Below, piece by piece: positions 20,149 through 31,240 of a stretch of 64,000 nucleotides of DNA (within the stretch, counting starts at the first letter, position 1; each line of letters begins with the position of its first letter). The stretch is from NCBI GenBank assembly GCA_963743855.1, contig CAVURK010000008.1, positions 201,407-265,406 on the forward strand. Reading direction: 5' to 3'. Position numbers and translations under genes: made by a program. Source of the stretch: an uncultured Chloroflexia bacterium (lineage in GTDB: Bacteria; Chloroflexota; Limnocylindria; Limnocylindrales; CSP1-4). A model generated the notes under the pieces. It saw only the letters and a program-made list of their open reading frames with translations. It did not search any database and had not been told where the DNA came from.

Positions 20149-22926
20149 ATGCCGCTCGAGGAATACCGCCGCAAACGCGATTTCGCGAAGACACCCGAGC
20201 CGGCCCCGGCCGCGGTCACCGGGGCGACGGGTCGGTTCGTCGTGCAGCGCCACCGCGCGACCCGCCTCCACTACGACTTCCGGCTGGAGATCGAGGGCGT
20301 GCTCGTCTCGTGGGCCGTGCCCAAGGGCCCGACCCTCGATCCGGGGATCCGCCGGATGGCCGTCCACGTCGAGGACCACCCGATCGAATACTTCGACTTC
20401 GAGGGCGTCATCCCGGCCAAGCAGTACGGCTCGGGCGACGTGATCGTGTGGGACTGGGGCACCTTCGTCCCGGAGGCGCCGACCCTCGACCCACGCCGCG
20501 CCGTCGCCGACGGCGAGCTCAAGTTCGAGCTCCACGGCCAGAAGCTCAAGGGCCGGTTCACGATCGTCCGGACCAGCGGGCGCAGGCGGAAGGGCGACGA
20601 TCCCTCCGCTCGCGCGTTCGAGGACGACGATGGCGACCAGTGGCTGCTCATCCACAAGGCGGATGCGTCCGCAGTCAAGGGCTGGGACCCGGAGGATCAC
20701 CCGCAGAGCGTCAAGACGGGCCGGACGAACGACGACGTCAAGGCCGCCCGCGATGCCGTCTGGAACGGCCAGGCGCCGGCCGCCGCGGCCGAGATCGACC
20801 TGACCGGCGCGGTCGAGGCCCCGCTGCCACAGAGCATCGAACCGATGCTCGCGACCCTCGCCTCGACGCCGTTCAGCGATCCGGACTGGCTGTACGAGAT
20901 CAAGCTCGACGGCTTCCGCGTCCAGGCCGTCATCGACGGCGGCACGGTCCGACTGTGGACCCGTGGCCTCAAGGATGCCGAGACGTACTTCCCGCGGCTG
21001 CTCACGCCGCCGACCTGGATCGAGGCGCGGCAGGCCATCGTCGATGGCGAGGTCGTCGCCCTCGACGAGGATGGCCGGCCGGACTTCTCGCTCCTCCAGA
21101 CCAAGCTCGGCCAGGCAGGCGTCGGTGGTCTCCTCTACCAGCCGTTCGACCTCCTCTACCTCGACGGCCGGCTCCTGCTCAACGTCCCGCTCGAGGATCG
21201 CAAGCGCCTGCTCCGCAGCGTCCTCAAGGACCACCCGCGGGTTCGCTACGTGGCCCACGTCGAGGGCGAGGGCAAGGCGTTCTTCGAGGCCGCCGCGGCG
21301 CAGGGACTCGAGGGCATGATCGCCAAGCTCCGACGCAGCCACTACGAGCCGGGCAGGCGGACGAACGCCTGGCTCAAGTTCAAGATCCGCCCGGAGCAGG
21401 AGCTCGTGATCGGTGGCTGGACGCCGGGCGAGGGGAACGCGCGCGATCTCGGGGCGCTGGTGGTCGGCTATTACGACGACGGGAAGCTGCAGTTCGCCGG
21501 CAAGGTCGGGGCCGGGTTCACCGGCGCGATCCGCAAGGAGCTGCTCGCACGGATGCAGCCGCTGGTCCAGGACGACCCGCCGTTCGACACGCCGCCGCCC
21601 AAGGACTACAAGGGACGGTGGGGCGGCGACCTGAATGCCGTGACCTGGATCCGCCCGGAGCTCGTGATGCGTGCCGAGCTGGGCGGCTGGACCCGCGACG
21701 GCGTCGTCCGCCAGGCCGCGTACAAGGGGCTCGAGCTGGGCCGCGACCCGAGGACCGTCCGGCGCGAGAGCGCGGTCGCAACGACCAGCGCGGTCCGTGC
21801 CGCCGAGGCTGAAGCGCCGCCGACACCCGACACCGACGATGATGACGGCATGCCCAGGGCACCGAAGGCACCGAAGACCAAGGCATCGCCGACGCAGGCC
21901 TCGGCGACGACGGCCGCGAAGCCGGCGAAGACTCCGACGACATCGACGTCGGCGACCGACGACGTCCCCGCAGCCTGGCGGGTGACCGAGGCCGAGCTCG
22001 CCGCCCTCGCCGCCCTCGGCAAGGAAGGCGTCTGGCAGGTCGGTGGCAACGACCTCAAGCTGACGAACCTCGACAAGACCCTCTTCGCTGCCGAGCCGCG
22101 CGGTCACCAAGCGCGAGCTGATCGGCTATTTCGCGCGGATCGCGCCGACGCATGCTGCCGCACGTCGCCGATCGGCCGCTCAACCTCCAGCGCTTCCCGA
22201 ACGGGGCCGGCGCACCCGGCTTCTGGCAGAAGGACATCCCCGCGACCGCCCCGGCCTGGCTGACCCGCTGGCACGAGACGGGCGTCGAGGGGCGTCCGGA
22301 TCGCGACGCCAACGACCACCTCATCGCCGACCGCGCGGCGAGCCTGGCCTGGCTCGGCAACCAGGCGAGCTTCGAGATCCACGCCTGGACCGGCCGCCTG
22401 CCCGAGCCTTGGCGCCCGACCTTCGCCTACATCGACATCGACCCGGGCGACAAGACGACCTGGGAGGAGACCCTGGTCCTGGCCCGGCTCTACCGGACGG
22501 CCCTCGGCCCACCTCGGCGTTCGCGGCTACCCGAAGACGACCGGCAAGCGCGGCATCCAGGTCTGGATCCCGATCGAGCCGCACTACACCTTCGAGGACA
22601 CGAGCGGCTGGGTCGAGCGGGTCAGCCGTGCCGTCGGATCGACCGTGCCCGATCTCGTGTCATGGGAATGGGCCAAGGAAGCGCGCAAGGGCAAGGCCCG
22701 CCTCGACTACACGCAGAACGCGAGCATCAAGACGCTCGTCGCGCCGTACGCCGTCCGCCCGGCGCCCGGTGCGCCCGTCTCCGCACCGATCGCCTGGGAC
22801 GAGCTGGACGACCCGGACCTCCGGCCCGATCGCTGGTCGATCCGGACCATCCTCGAGCGCGTCGCAGAGAGAGGCGACCTCTTCGCCGGCGCCCAGACCG
22901 ATCTGCAGGCGCTGCCCACGGTCTGA
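20149..22926 (+). pseudogene. ligD: ATP-dependent DNA ligase LigD with domain order phosphoesterase-ligase-polymerase; 3' polymerase domain frame-slipped
   Basis: PE domain: YRRKRDFAKTPEP, FVVQRHRATRLHYDFRLE. Ligase domain: EIKLDGFRV (adenylation Lys), EGMIAKL, WLKFK. An acidic/PT-rich linker lies at ~21775-21965. POL domain: LNLQRFPNGAGAPGFWQK, YIDIDP, KTTGKRGIQVW, RLDYTQN. Frames step 1-2-0-1, with slips at ~22098, 22150 and 22507. Confidence 0.85.
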
Positions 22927-22958
22927 CCCATCGTCCGCGCGCGTGGCAGGATGCCGCC

Positions 22959-24214
22959 ATGCACGACGACACGATCACGCTCCGCCAGCCGACCGCCGAC
23001 CCCGAGACCCTCCGGGCTTTCCTCGCAGGCCGTCGCGATCGCCTTCGGCGACGACTACACCGACGAGATGTTCGAGCTCGATCGGCAGCTCTTCGAGATG
23101 GATCGGCTGATCGGCGCGGTCGATGGCGAGACGTGGGTCGCGGGCGCCAGCGTGGAGTCGAGGCGCCTGACCGTCCCGGGCGGTGCCGAGGTGCGGGCCG
23201 CGGCCGTCAGCGGCGTCGGCGTCCTGCCCACCCATCGACGGCGAGGCATCCTGACGCAGCTCATGCGCTGGATCCTCGAGCAGGCGGCGGATCGCGGCGA
23301 GGCCGTGTCGGTGCTCCATGCATCCGAGGGCGCGATCTACCCACATTTCGGGTACGGCATGGGGACGCTCCAGGGTTCGATCGACGCCGACCCGTCGGCG
23401 TTCCGCTTCAGCCGGCCGGCGGAGCCGCTCGGCAGCGTGCGCCTGGTCGACGTCGACGAGGCGATGCGAACGATCCCGGCGATCTACGACGAGGTCCGGG
23501 CCGGGCGACCCGGTGAGGTCTCGCGCTCACCGAACGTCTGGCGGCTCCAGCTCCTGTCCGACAACAGCTGGCGGCGGGCCGCCATGGGTCCCAAGTCGAA
23601 CGCGGTCCTGAGCGTGGGCGGTGAGCCGCGCGGCTACGCGCAGTACAGGGTCAAGGCCGAGTGGGGCGATCGCGGCCCGAAGAACACGCTGAACGTCCTC
23701 GAGGTGACCGCGCTCGATCCCGCCGCGGAACGGGCGCTCTGGGAGTGGCTGGTCGGCATCGACCTCGTCGGGCAGGTCAAGGTCTGGCGGACGCCCGTCC
23801 ACAACCCGCTGCTGCTCCAAGTCGTCGAACCCCAGCGGCTCGGCCTCACGATCCGCGACGGTATCTGGCTGCGGCTGGTCGACGTCCGGGCCGCGCTCGA
23901 GGCGCGCACGTACGCGGGGACGGGTCGTCTCACCCTGGAGGTCACCGACGCATTCCTGCCATCGAATGCGGGCCGGTGGACAGTGGACGTGGCCGACGAC
24001 CGGGGGGCAGCGTCGGTCACATCGGCTCCGGACGGAGCGACGCCCGACATCGCCCTCGACGTCGCCGACCTCGCCACGGTCTACCTCGGCGCGTTCACAT
24101 TCGCCGACCTGGCCCGCGCCGGGCGAGCCCGCGAGTGCCGTGACGGGGCGATCGCGGCGCGCGGATCGGCTCTTCGCGACACCCGCAGCTCCATGGTGCT
24201 CGACGATGTTCTGA
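22959..24214 (+). pseudogene. Eis-like GNAT acetyltransferase with an SCP2-like C-terminal domain; two +1 slips
   Basis: MHDDTITLRQPTADPETLRAFL in frame 0. Then AIAFGDDY...VGVLPTHRRRGILTQLM (GNAT motif A) in frame 1. It ends ...FATPAAPWCSTMF-stop in frame 2. Slips at ~23025 and ~24165. Confidence 0.65.
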
Positions 24215-24225
24215 GGCGCCTCCCG

Positions 24226-24840
24226 TCAGGCCAGGCGCAGGACCCCGAAGAGCTGTTCGCCCGTCGACTGCGAGAGTCCCGTATCGAGTCGGATCGACAC
24301 GTCGTCCCGCGCCGGCCAGTTCGGGTCGTACAGACGGATCGTGACCGCGTCGCCGTCGACCTCGTACGCATAGCCGAGGACCTGGTGGCTGTCGGTCAGC
24401 TTGAGCGGGTTCCAGCCGGTCTGCCGGACGAGGCCGATCATGGCGAGGCGCCCGGCATCGATGTCGGCGCGGATCCGCGGCCATTCCGCCGCCCGTGTCT
24501 GCTGCAACGCATGCTCGGCGCCCAGGGCTCCCATCCACCAGAAACGCAGGGGCGTGCGCAGCCAGTCGAGCGACTGGACCTGGCGCCGGACGAGCGCCTG
24601 GAACAGGGGCGTGCCGTTGGCCGGGGGCTCCGTGTCCGGCGGGACGGGGAGGGCGGCGGCGAATCGTTCGCGGACGTACCAGCTCATCCCGCCGCACAGC
24701 CCGGCCGAGGCGTCGCCGATGCCGATCCAGCGCGGATCGATCGGACCCAGGGTGAGGGTCGGCCCGGGCGGGAAGCGGTTCGCGAAACGCAACCCATTCG
24801 TGCTCGGCAGGAAGCCCGGGACGGCGTTCGATTCGACCAT
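24226..24840 (-). CDS. hypothetical protein with a candidate Cys/His/Asp hydrolase arrangement
   Basis: Intact 204-aa ORF. Candidate catalytic residues are in ASAGLCGGMSWY, LTDSHQVLGYAYE and RLYDPNWP. No signal peptide. Family not recognised. Confidence 0.65.
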   Translation of the reverse strand: MVESNAVPGFLPSTNGLRFANRFPPGPTLTLGPIDPRWIGIGDASAGLCGGMSWYVRERFAAALPVPPDTEPPANGTPLFQALVRRQVQSLDWLRTPLRFWWMGALGAEHALQQTRAAEWPRIRADIDAGRLAMIGLVRQTGWNPLKLTDSHQVLGYAYEVDGDAVTIRLYDPNWPARDDVSIRLDTGLSQSTGEQLFGVLRLA

Positions 24841-24889
24841 CGGGCAAAGTCTACGGGCTCGACGCCGCCCATCCCGCGTGACCGCGCTT

Positions 24890-24895
24890 TACCAT
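24890..24895 (+). promoter_or_regulatory. -10-like TACCAT, 7 nt before ATG 24903 (leaderless layout)
   Basis: Read directly from the sequence. There is no Shine-Dalgarno sequence between the hexamer and the start codon. Confidence 0.35.
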
Positions 24896-24902
24896 CGACG
24901 CG

Positions 24903-25387
24903 ATGGCTGTGCGGACGAGCGCCGGGATCCTTCTCTACCGACGGGTCGGCCACCCCGACGGTCCTCTCGAGGTGCTGCTCGCGCATCCGGGTGGTCCCGT
25001 ATTTCGCGAAGCGCGACCTCGGCGACTGGACGATCCCGAAGGGTGAGCCCGACGGCGCCGAGACGGACCTGCCGACGGTCGGGCGCCGCGAGTTCGAGGA
25101 AGAGACCGGCACCGCGATCGACCCCGCAGCGCCGGCGATCGAGCTCGGATCGATCGTCCAGAAGGGCGGCAAGGTCGTCCACGCCTGGGCGGTCGAGGGC
25201 GACCTGGACCCGACGACGGCCCATTCCAACGAATACGAGGTCGAGTGGCCACCGCGCTCGGGCAAGCGCGAGCGGTTCCCCGAGATCGACCGGGTGGCAT
25301 GGTTCGACCTCGACGAGGCACGCCGTCGGGTCAAGCCGACGCAGGCTCCCGCTGATCGACCGGCTCGAGGCGGCGCTCCGCGAGTGA
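24903..25387 (+). pseudogene. NUDIX hydrolase; two +1 slips
   Basis: MAVRTSAGILLYRR...LEVLLAHPGGP in frame 0. The Nudix box GRREFEEETG and WTIPKGEP are in frame 1. The C-terminus PLIDRLEAALRE is in frame 2. Slips at ~24995 and ~25350. Confidence 0.7.
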
Positions 25388-25400
25388 GGCGCGCGACGCG

Positions 25401-27426
25401 TTACGGGGCGGACGTCTCCGTCACCGTGACGCGGACCAGCGTCGGGTTCGCGCCGGAGGCGACGAGCGAGCCGTCATCGGGAGTCACGATGTCGAGCATC
25501 AGCAGGTAATCCCCTGCGGCGGCCGGGGCGGTCAGGGCGAGATCCGCCTCGACGTTGACGCCGGGCTTCAGGCCGATCGGCAACGCCGCGCCGACGACCT
25601 GCGACGCCGGGTCGGTCGGGAGAGCCGACGTGATCGAGAGCGGGATCCACCGACCGACGACGTAGGCGGGCTGGGCCGGCCGTAGTTTCCGGCGAGGACG
25701 CCGGAGGGCACGCTGATCGCGGGCTGGCCCCACGCGGACTTGCCAAGGTTGACGACGCGAACGCCGAGGGTCAGGTTCGCGCCCGCGACGAGGGCGGCCG
25801 TCGGCGCGGCCTGGATCGCGCCGTCGAAGTCGCCCGTCACGCGGACGATCAGCGACGGGATCATGGCCTGGGTCGCCGCGTCGTAGGCGACACCGTCCTT
25901 GTCGTGCAGGGTGACGGTCAGTCGATAGCGACCCTGGATCGTCGGGAACGTGACCGGGACGCTCAGGGCCTTCTTGCCGATGCCGACGGTCGCGGGCGCG
26001 ACCACGTCACCGGTCTGCTCGGGGACGACCAGGTCGTAGGTGTTCGTCGGGTGCCGCGACGTGCACGTCGTCCGGGGGCGTCGCGGCGACCGGTGACGGG
26101 CCGCCCTTGGTCAGGTCGTGCTGGACGTCGGCACCGTCGGAGGGGACGGTGGTCGGGTCCGCGGATGGGGCCGCCGACGGGCTGGAGCCCGGATGGGCCG
26201 CCGGTTTTGCCGACGGTTTTGCAGCCGGCTTCGCGCCAGGTTTTGCGGTCGGGGCCGCCGACGCGGTCGACGCCGCAGGAGACGGGGCCGGACTGGGCGT
26301 CGCGCCGCCTGTCGTGGTCGCGGCCCCCGTCGCGCTGCCTGTCGTCGTCGCCGCTCCGGCATCGGGGGTCGCACCGCCGACCTCGGTCGCGGGATCGGGC
26401 GCGACGGTCGCCACGTCGATCGGGTCCCAGCGAACGCTCGCCTCGATCCCGGCCGGGAGCTTCTTGCGGTCCTTGATCGTGAACGGGACGTCGATGTGGC
26501 CCGTGCTGCCCGCCGCGGGAAGCTTCGCGATATCGGGGCTGCCGAGCGTGATGCCCGTCCCGGTCAGCGTGGGCTCGAGCGGCAGTCCGAGCGCCGCGGC
26601 GGAGGCGGACCCGGCGGCGCCCGCGCGAACGTCGGTCGGCGCCAGGCCGGTCTTCATCACGATCGATCGGGTGAACCCGGACGACGCCGTCTCGGTGTCC
26701 ATCTGGGCGACGTAGCCCGGGCTGCGCGTGCTGAAGAACGCGGCTCGGTGGCCGTTCGCGCTCGGGCGCATCCTGCCACGCCGTCTGGATCGATCGGCCG
26801 CCACCGAGGATCGCCTTGACCATGTACGACGGGCTCGACCAGGCCTCGGCGACGACCGCCGCGGCACCGGCCTTGATGAACCCGGCCGCGTAGTTGTCGA
26901 CCCGCTGGCGGGCCTGGTCGAGCGTGCCCTCGGGCAGGCCCGGCTCGGAGTTGCCGCTCGCGTAGCACAGGTGATTGAGCAGGACGACGGCGTTCTTGGC
27001 CAGCTTGATCTGCGAGGCGATGTCGGCCTCGCCGAAGTACTGGTGCGTGGCGTCGTCGCCGCCGGGAGCCGGGTTGAGCCCGAAGCCGTCCTGGGTCGGC
27101 GGGAAGAGGTCGTCACGATAGCGGCTCGGCCAGCCGTTGCCGTGGCCCATGTAGACGACGAGCGAGGCGCCGGTGATCGCCTCCTTGACGGCCGGCCACG
27201 TCGCATCGGGCGAGTAGAGCTCGATGACGTCGGGCGTGTAGTGCCGCGCGATGACCGCGGCGGCGCGCGCCTGCGCGCGGTAGCCATCGGTCGCGTCGCC
27301 CGCAGGCCCGACGACGAAGACGACCTTGGGGACTGCCTTCGAGGTCGAGGCCGCGGCGAACGAGGCCGGCGCACACAGGCCGACGGCGAACAGGGCCGCG
27401 AGGATGGCAGCGCTGAGACGTCTCAC
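25401..27426 (-). pseudogene. secreted protein with an N-terminal clan-CD-like (His/Cys) domain, an Ala-Lys-Pro/PT-rich linker and Ig-like beta domains; frame-slipped
   Basis: Signal peptide [27 protein letters not shown]. Candidate catalytic motifs: LVVYMGHGNGWPS and VLLNHLCYASGNSEPG. Linker repeat: PTAKPGAKPAAKPSAKPAA. Beta-rich C-terminal pieces fall in two further frames. About 3 slips (~26755, ~26030, ~25700). Confidence 0.55.
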
Positions 27427-27549
27427 GACGAAGGGCACACTCCGTGTGGGGAAGAAAAGGGTACTCCCGAGTATTCGTTCGCACCATACCAATTTCGGAT
27501 CACCGGGCCGTTATCGGAGCGTTACGGTGCCTCCGCGCACCGACTCCCG

Positions 27550-27555
27550 TACCAT
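27550..27555 (+). promoter_or_regulatory. -10-like TACCAT, 7 nt before ATG 27563 (leaderless layout)
   Basis: Same hexamer and spacing as at 24890. It sits in a comparatively AT-rich divergent spacer. Confidence 0.35.
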
Positions 27556-27562
27556 CGGGACC

Positions 27563-29625
27563 ATGCCCAACCGCCTCGCCGGGGAAACGAGTCCGTACCT
27601 CCTCCAGCACGCGCACAACCCGGTCGACTGGTATCCGTGGGGCCCCGATGCGCTCGCGGCGGCGAAGCTGCTCGACCGGCCGATCTTCCTGTCGATCGGC
27701 TACGCGGCCTGTCACTGGTGTCACGTGATGGAACGCGAGTCGTTCGAGCACGAGCCGACGGCCCGCTACCTGAACGATCACTTCGTCGCGATCAAGGTCG
27801 ATCGCGAGGAGCGGCCCGATCTCGACCAGGTCTACATGGCGGCGGTCCAGTCGATGACCGGCGGCGGCGGCTGGCCGATGTCGGTCTTCCTGACCCCGGA
27901 GGGCCGGCCGTTCTACGGCGGGACCTATTTCCCCGACGAGCCTCGCCACGGGATGGCGTCGTTCCGGCAGGTCCTCGAAGGCGTCGAGCGCGCCTGGCGC
28001 GAGCAGCGCGCCGAAGTCGAGGCGGCGGGTGGCCGGCTCGTCCAGACGCTGGTCGAGCAGGGCCGGCTCGATGCCGGTGCGGACGATCCGACGACGGCGA
28101 TCCTCGACGGCGCGACGGCCGGGATCGAAGCCGCCTTCGATACGGCGAACGGCGGCTGGGGCCGAGCCCCGAAGTTCCCGCAGCCGATGACGATCGAGTA
28201 CCTGCTCCGCCGCCATCTCGCGACCGGCGACGCCCGGCCGCTGGCGGTCGCCCGGCGGTCGCTCGACGCGATGGCCGACGGCGGGCTGCGCGACCAGCTC
28301 GGCGGCGGCTTCCACCGCTACTCGACCGACGCGCACTGGCTCGTCCCGCACTTCGAGCAGATGCTCTACGACAACGCGCAGCTGGCGCGCGTCTACGTGC
28401 ACGCGTGGGCACTCACCGGGGACGCGCGCTATCGCGCGGTCGCGACCGGGACGCTCGATTACATGCTCCGCGAGCTGACGACCGACGACGGCGCGTTCGC
28501 CGCCAGCCAGGACGCCGACACCGACGGCATCGAGGGCCTGACGTTCACCTGGCGGGCGCCCGAGATCCGCGACGTCCTGGGCGAGACGGCGGCGCTCTTC
28601 GCGGCGGCCTACGGCGTCACCGACGAGGGGAACTGGGACGGCGTCACGATCCTGTCGCGCGTCGCGGCAGACGACGAGCTCGCCGGCCGGTTCGGGATCC
28701 CGGCGACCGACGTCGCGTCTCGGCTGGCCGAGGCTCGCTCGCTCCTCCTCGCGCGTCGCGCGAAGCGGCCCCAGCCGGCCCGCGACGACAAGGCGCTCGC
28801 GGCCTGGAACGGCCTGGCGATCGCGGCGTTCGCGGATGCGGCTGTCGCCCTCGCGACGATCGACCCTGCCGCCGCCGACACCTATCGCACCGCCGCGGAC
28901 CGCGCCGCGACGGCCGATCGTGACCGGCCTGCTCGCGCCCGACGGGTCCCTCGGTCGGTCCTGGAAGGACGGCCGGGCGGTCGGGAGCGGCGTGCTCGAG
29001 GACTACACGCACCTCGCGGACGGGCTGCTGGCGCTCTACGAGGCGACCTTCGACGAGCGCTGGTTCACGACCGCTCGGGCGTTGATGGATCGGGTGCTTG
29101 CGCGGTTCGCCGATCCCGCCGGCGGGTTCTTCGACACCGCGGACGACCACGAGCGGCTGGTGACCCGGCCCAAGGACGTCCAGGACAACGCGGTCCCGTC
29201 GGGCAACGCGATGGCGGCCCGCGTCCTGCTTCGGCTGGCGGCGTGGACCGGCGAGGGTGCCTACCGCGACGCCGCGGAACGGGCGATGCGCACGGTCGTC
29301 GGCGTTCGTCGTTCGCTACCCGACCGGCTTCGCCCAGTGGCTCGGGGCGATGGATCTCGCCCTCGCGCCGGCGATCGAGGTCGCCGTCGTGGGGGCGCTC
29401 GGGGACCCGGACACGTCGGCCCTGGTCGCCGAGACACGGCGCGGCTACCGCCCCAACCAGGTCGTCTCGCTGGCCGCCGACCCCACGGCCAGTGCCGTGC
29501 CGTTGCTTGCCGACCGGGTCCAGCTCGACGGGCGCCCGACGGCCTACGTCTGCCGCGACTTCGTCTGTCGCCTGCCGGTGACCGACGCGGCGGCGCTGGC
29601 CGTCCAGCTCCTGGAGGATCGCTGA
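27563..29625 (+). pseudogene. thioredoxin-fold DUF255/YyaL-type protein with a six-hairpin glycosidase-like domain; two +1 slips
   Basis: Motifs: [72 protein letters not shown]. Later pieces are in ORFs 28836.. and 29257..29625. Slips at ~28915 and ~29300. Confidence 0.8.
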
Positions 29626-29873
29626 TGGCGGACATGGACCTCAGGCTCGCGACGGCTGATGAGAAGACGCAGCGGCTGGATTGCCTTCGATGCGGCTTCC
29701 TCGTCCATCCCGAGGGGACGATGACCGTGCGGACCGGCGGGGTCGAGGGTGGCTGGAGCCTGCTGATCGGCAACTGGGCGGACGTCGGCGAGGGGACGCT
29801 CGATCTCAACGCCTACCTGTGCCCAAATTGCGGACACGTGGAGTTCCGCCTGCCCGACCGTGACCGAGGCTGA
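29625..29873 (+). CDS. small zinc-ribbon protein (CxxC...CxxC)
   Basis: GGAGGA at 29613. Its ATG overlaps the upstream TGA. 82 codons. Reads CLRCGF...CPNCGHVEFRL. Confidence 0.55.
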   Translation: MADMDLRLATADEKTQRLDCLRCGFLVHPEGTMTVRTGGVEGGWSLLIGNWADVGEGTLDLNAYLCPNCGHVEFRLPDRDRG

Positions 29874-29921
29874 CCGCCCGGGCTCGACCGGGTACACGCG
29901 CCCTCGATTCGAGCACCCGAC

Positions 29922-31209
29922 GTGACGCCGGCCGTGGTCGAGCCACGCCAGGCGGCGACCGTCGTGCTGCTTCGATCTGGGCCGGACGGGCTCGAGACGT
30001 TGCTGACGCGTCGCCCGTCCACGATGGCCTTCGCGGCCGACGCGCACGTCTTCCCGGGCGGTCGGGTCGACCCCGGCGACGCCGATCCGTCGCTCACGGC
30101 ACGGTCCGCCATCTCGCCGGCCGCCGCGGCGATCGCGCTCGGAGGCGACCTCGATCCGGACGCCGCGTTGGCCGCGCACCTCGCTGCGATCCGCGAGCTG
30201 TTCGAGGAGGCAGGCGTCCTGCTCGCAGACACGACGGCCCCGTCTGCGGACGTGGCTGCGGGCAGATCGGCGCTGCTCCGTGGCGAGACGACCCTGGCCG
30301 GGCTGGCCGCCGCGCTCGACCTCCGGCTGCGGACCGATCTGCTCGTCCCGCTGTCGCGCTGGGTGACGCCGCCGGGCTACCCGCGTCGGTTCGATGCCCG
30401 GTTCTTCGCCGCCGAGCTGCCCGACGGCGTGACCCCGACGTTCGAGGGCGGCGAGGTCGTGGCACATGCCTGGCTGCGTCCGCGCGACGCGCTCGCGGCG
30501 ATGGCCGACGGCCGGCTGACGCTGTGGCTGCCGACCAGCACGACCCTCCAGCAGCTCGAGCACGTCGCGATCGATCGAGGAGATCCGGACGCGGCTCGCG
30601 CCTGGGCCGCTCGGGCCGATCCTCGTCGACGAACCGCTTCCGGACGTCACCCGGATCGTCATGCCGGCCGGTGGCGGGGTCGCCGGTCAGCCGGTCTGCT
30701 CATACCTGGTCGGTCGCCGCCGGTTCGTCCTGGTCGACCCGGGCGATCCGACGGGACCGGCGCTCGAACGGGTCCTCGCCATCGCCGCCGAACGCGATGG
30801 TGCCATCGAGGCGATCGCGCTGACGCAGGTCGATGCCGATCACGCCGCGGGCGCGGAGGGTCTCGCCGAGCAGCTCGGGATCGAGGTCCTGACCGGACCG
30901 GGCGGCGGCCGCCCGCTGCCGTACGCGGTCCGCGAGCTGGGCGACAGGGAGGTCGTGCCTGTCGGGGACGTGCCACTGACCGCGGTCCACGCGCCGGGTC
31001 CGCGACCCGACCACCTGGTATTCGTCGGGCCGGATTCGAGCAGCGCACGATTCGTGGTCGTCGGCGATCTCGATGGCGAGCGTGGGGCTCGATCGATCAC
31101 CGGTCCGCCCGATCGTGCCGCCTGGGCATCCTCCCTCGAGCGCGTCGAACGCCTGGCGGATGGCGCTCGTCGCCTCACGGGACATCCGTCCCGACGGGGT
31201 GCGATTTGA
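29922..31209 (+). pseudogene. NUDIX-like domain fused to a metallo-beta-lactamase-fold domain; one +1 slip near 30565
   Basis: N-terminal half: VVLLRSG...HVFPGGRVD...IRELFEEAG. C-terminal half (ORF 30661..31209): FVLVDPGDP...LTQVDADHAAGA. The joining piece IEEIRTRLAPGPLGPILVDEPLPDVTRIV is in frame with the MBL half. Confidence 0.6.
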
Positions 31210-31240
31210 CGCTGACGCCCCGGACCGCGAACCTGCGCCG

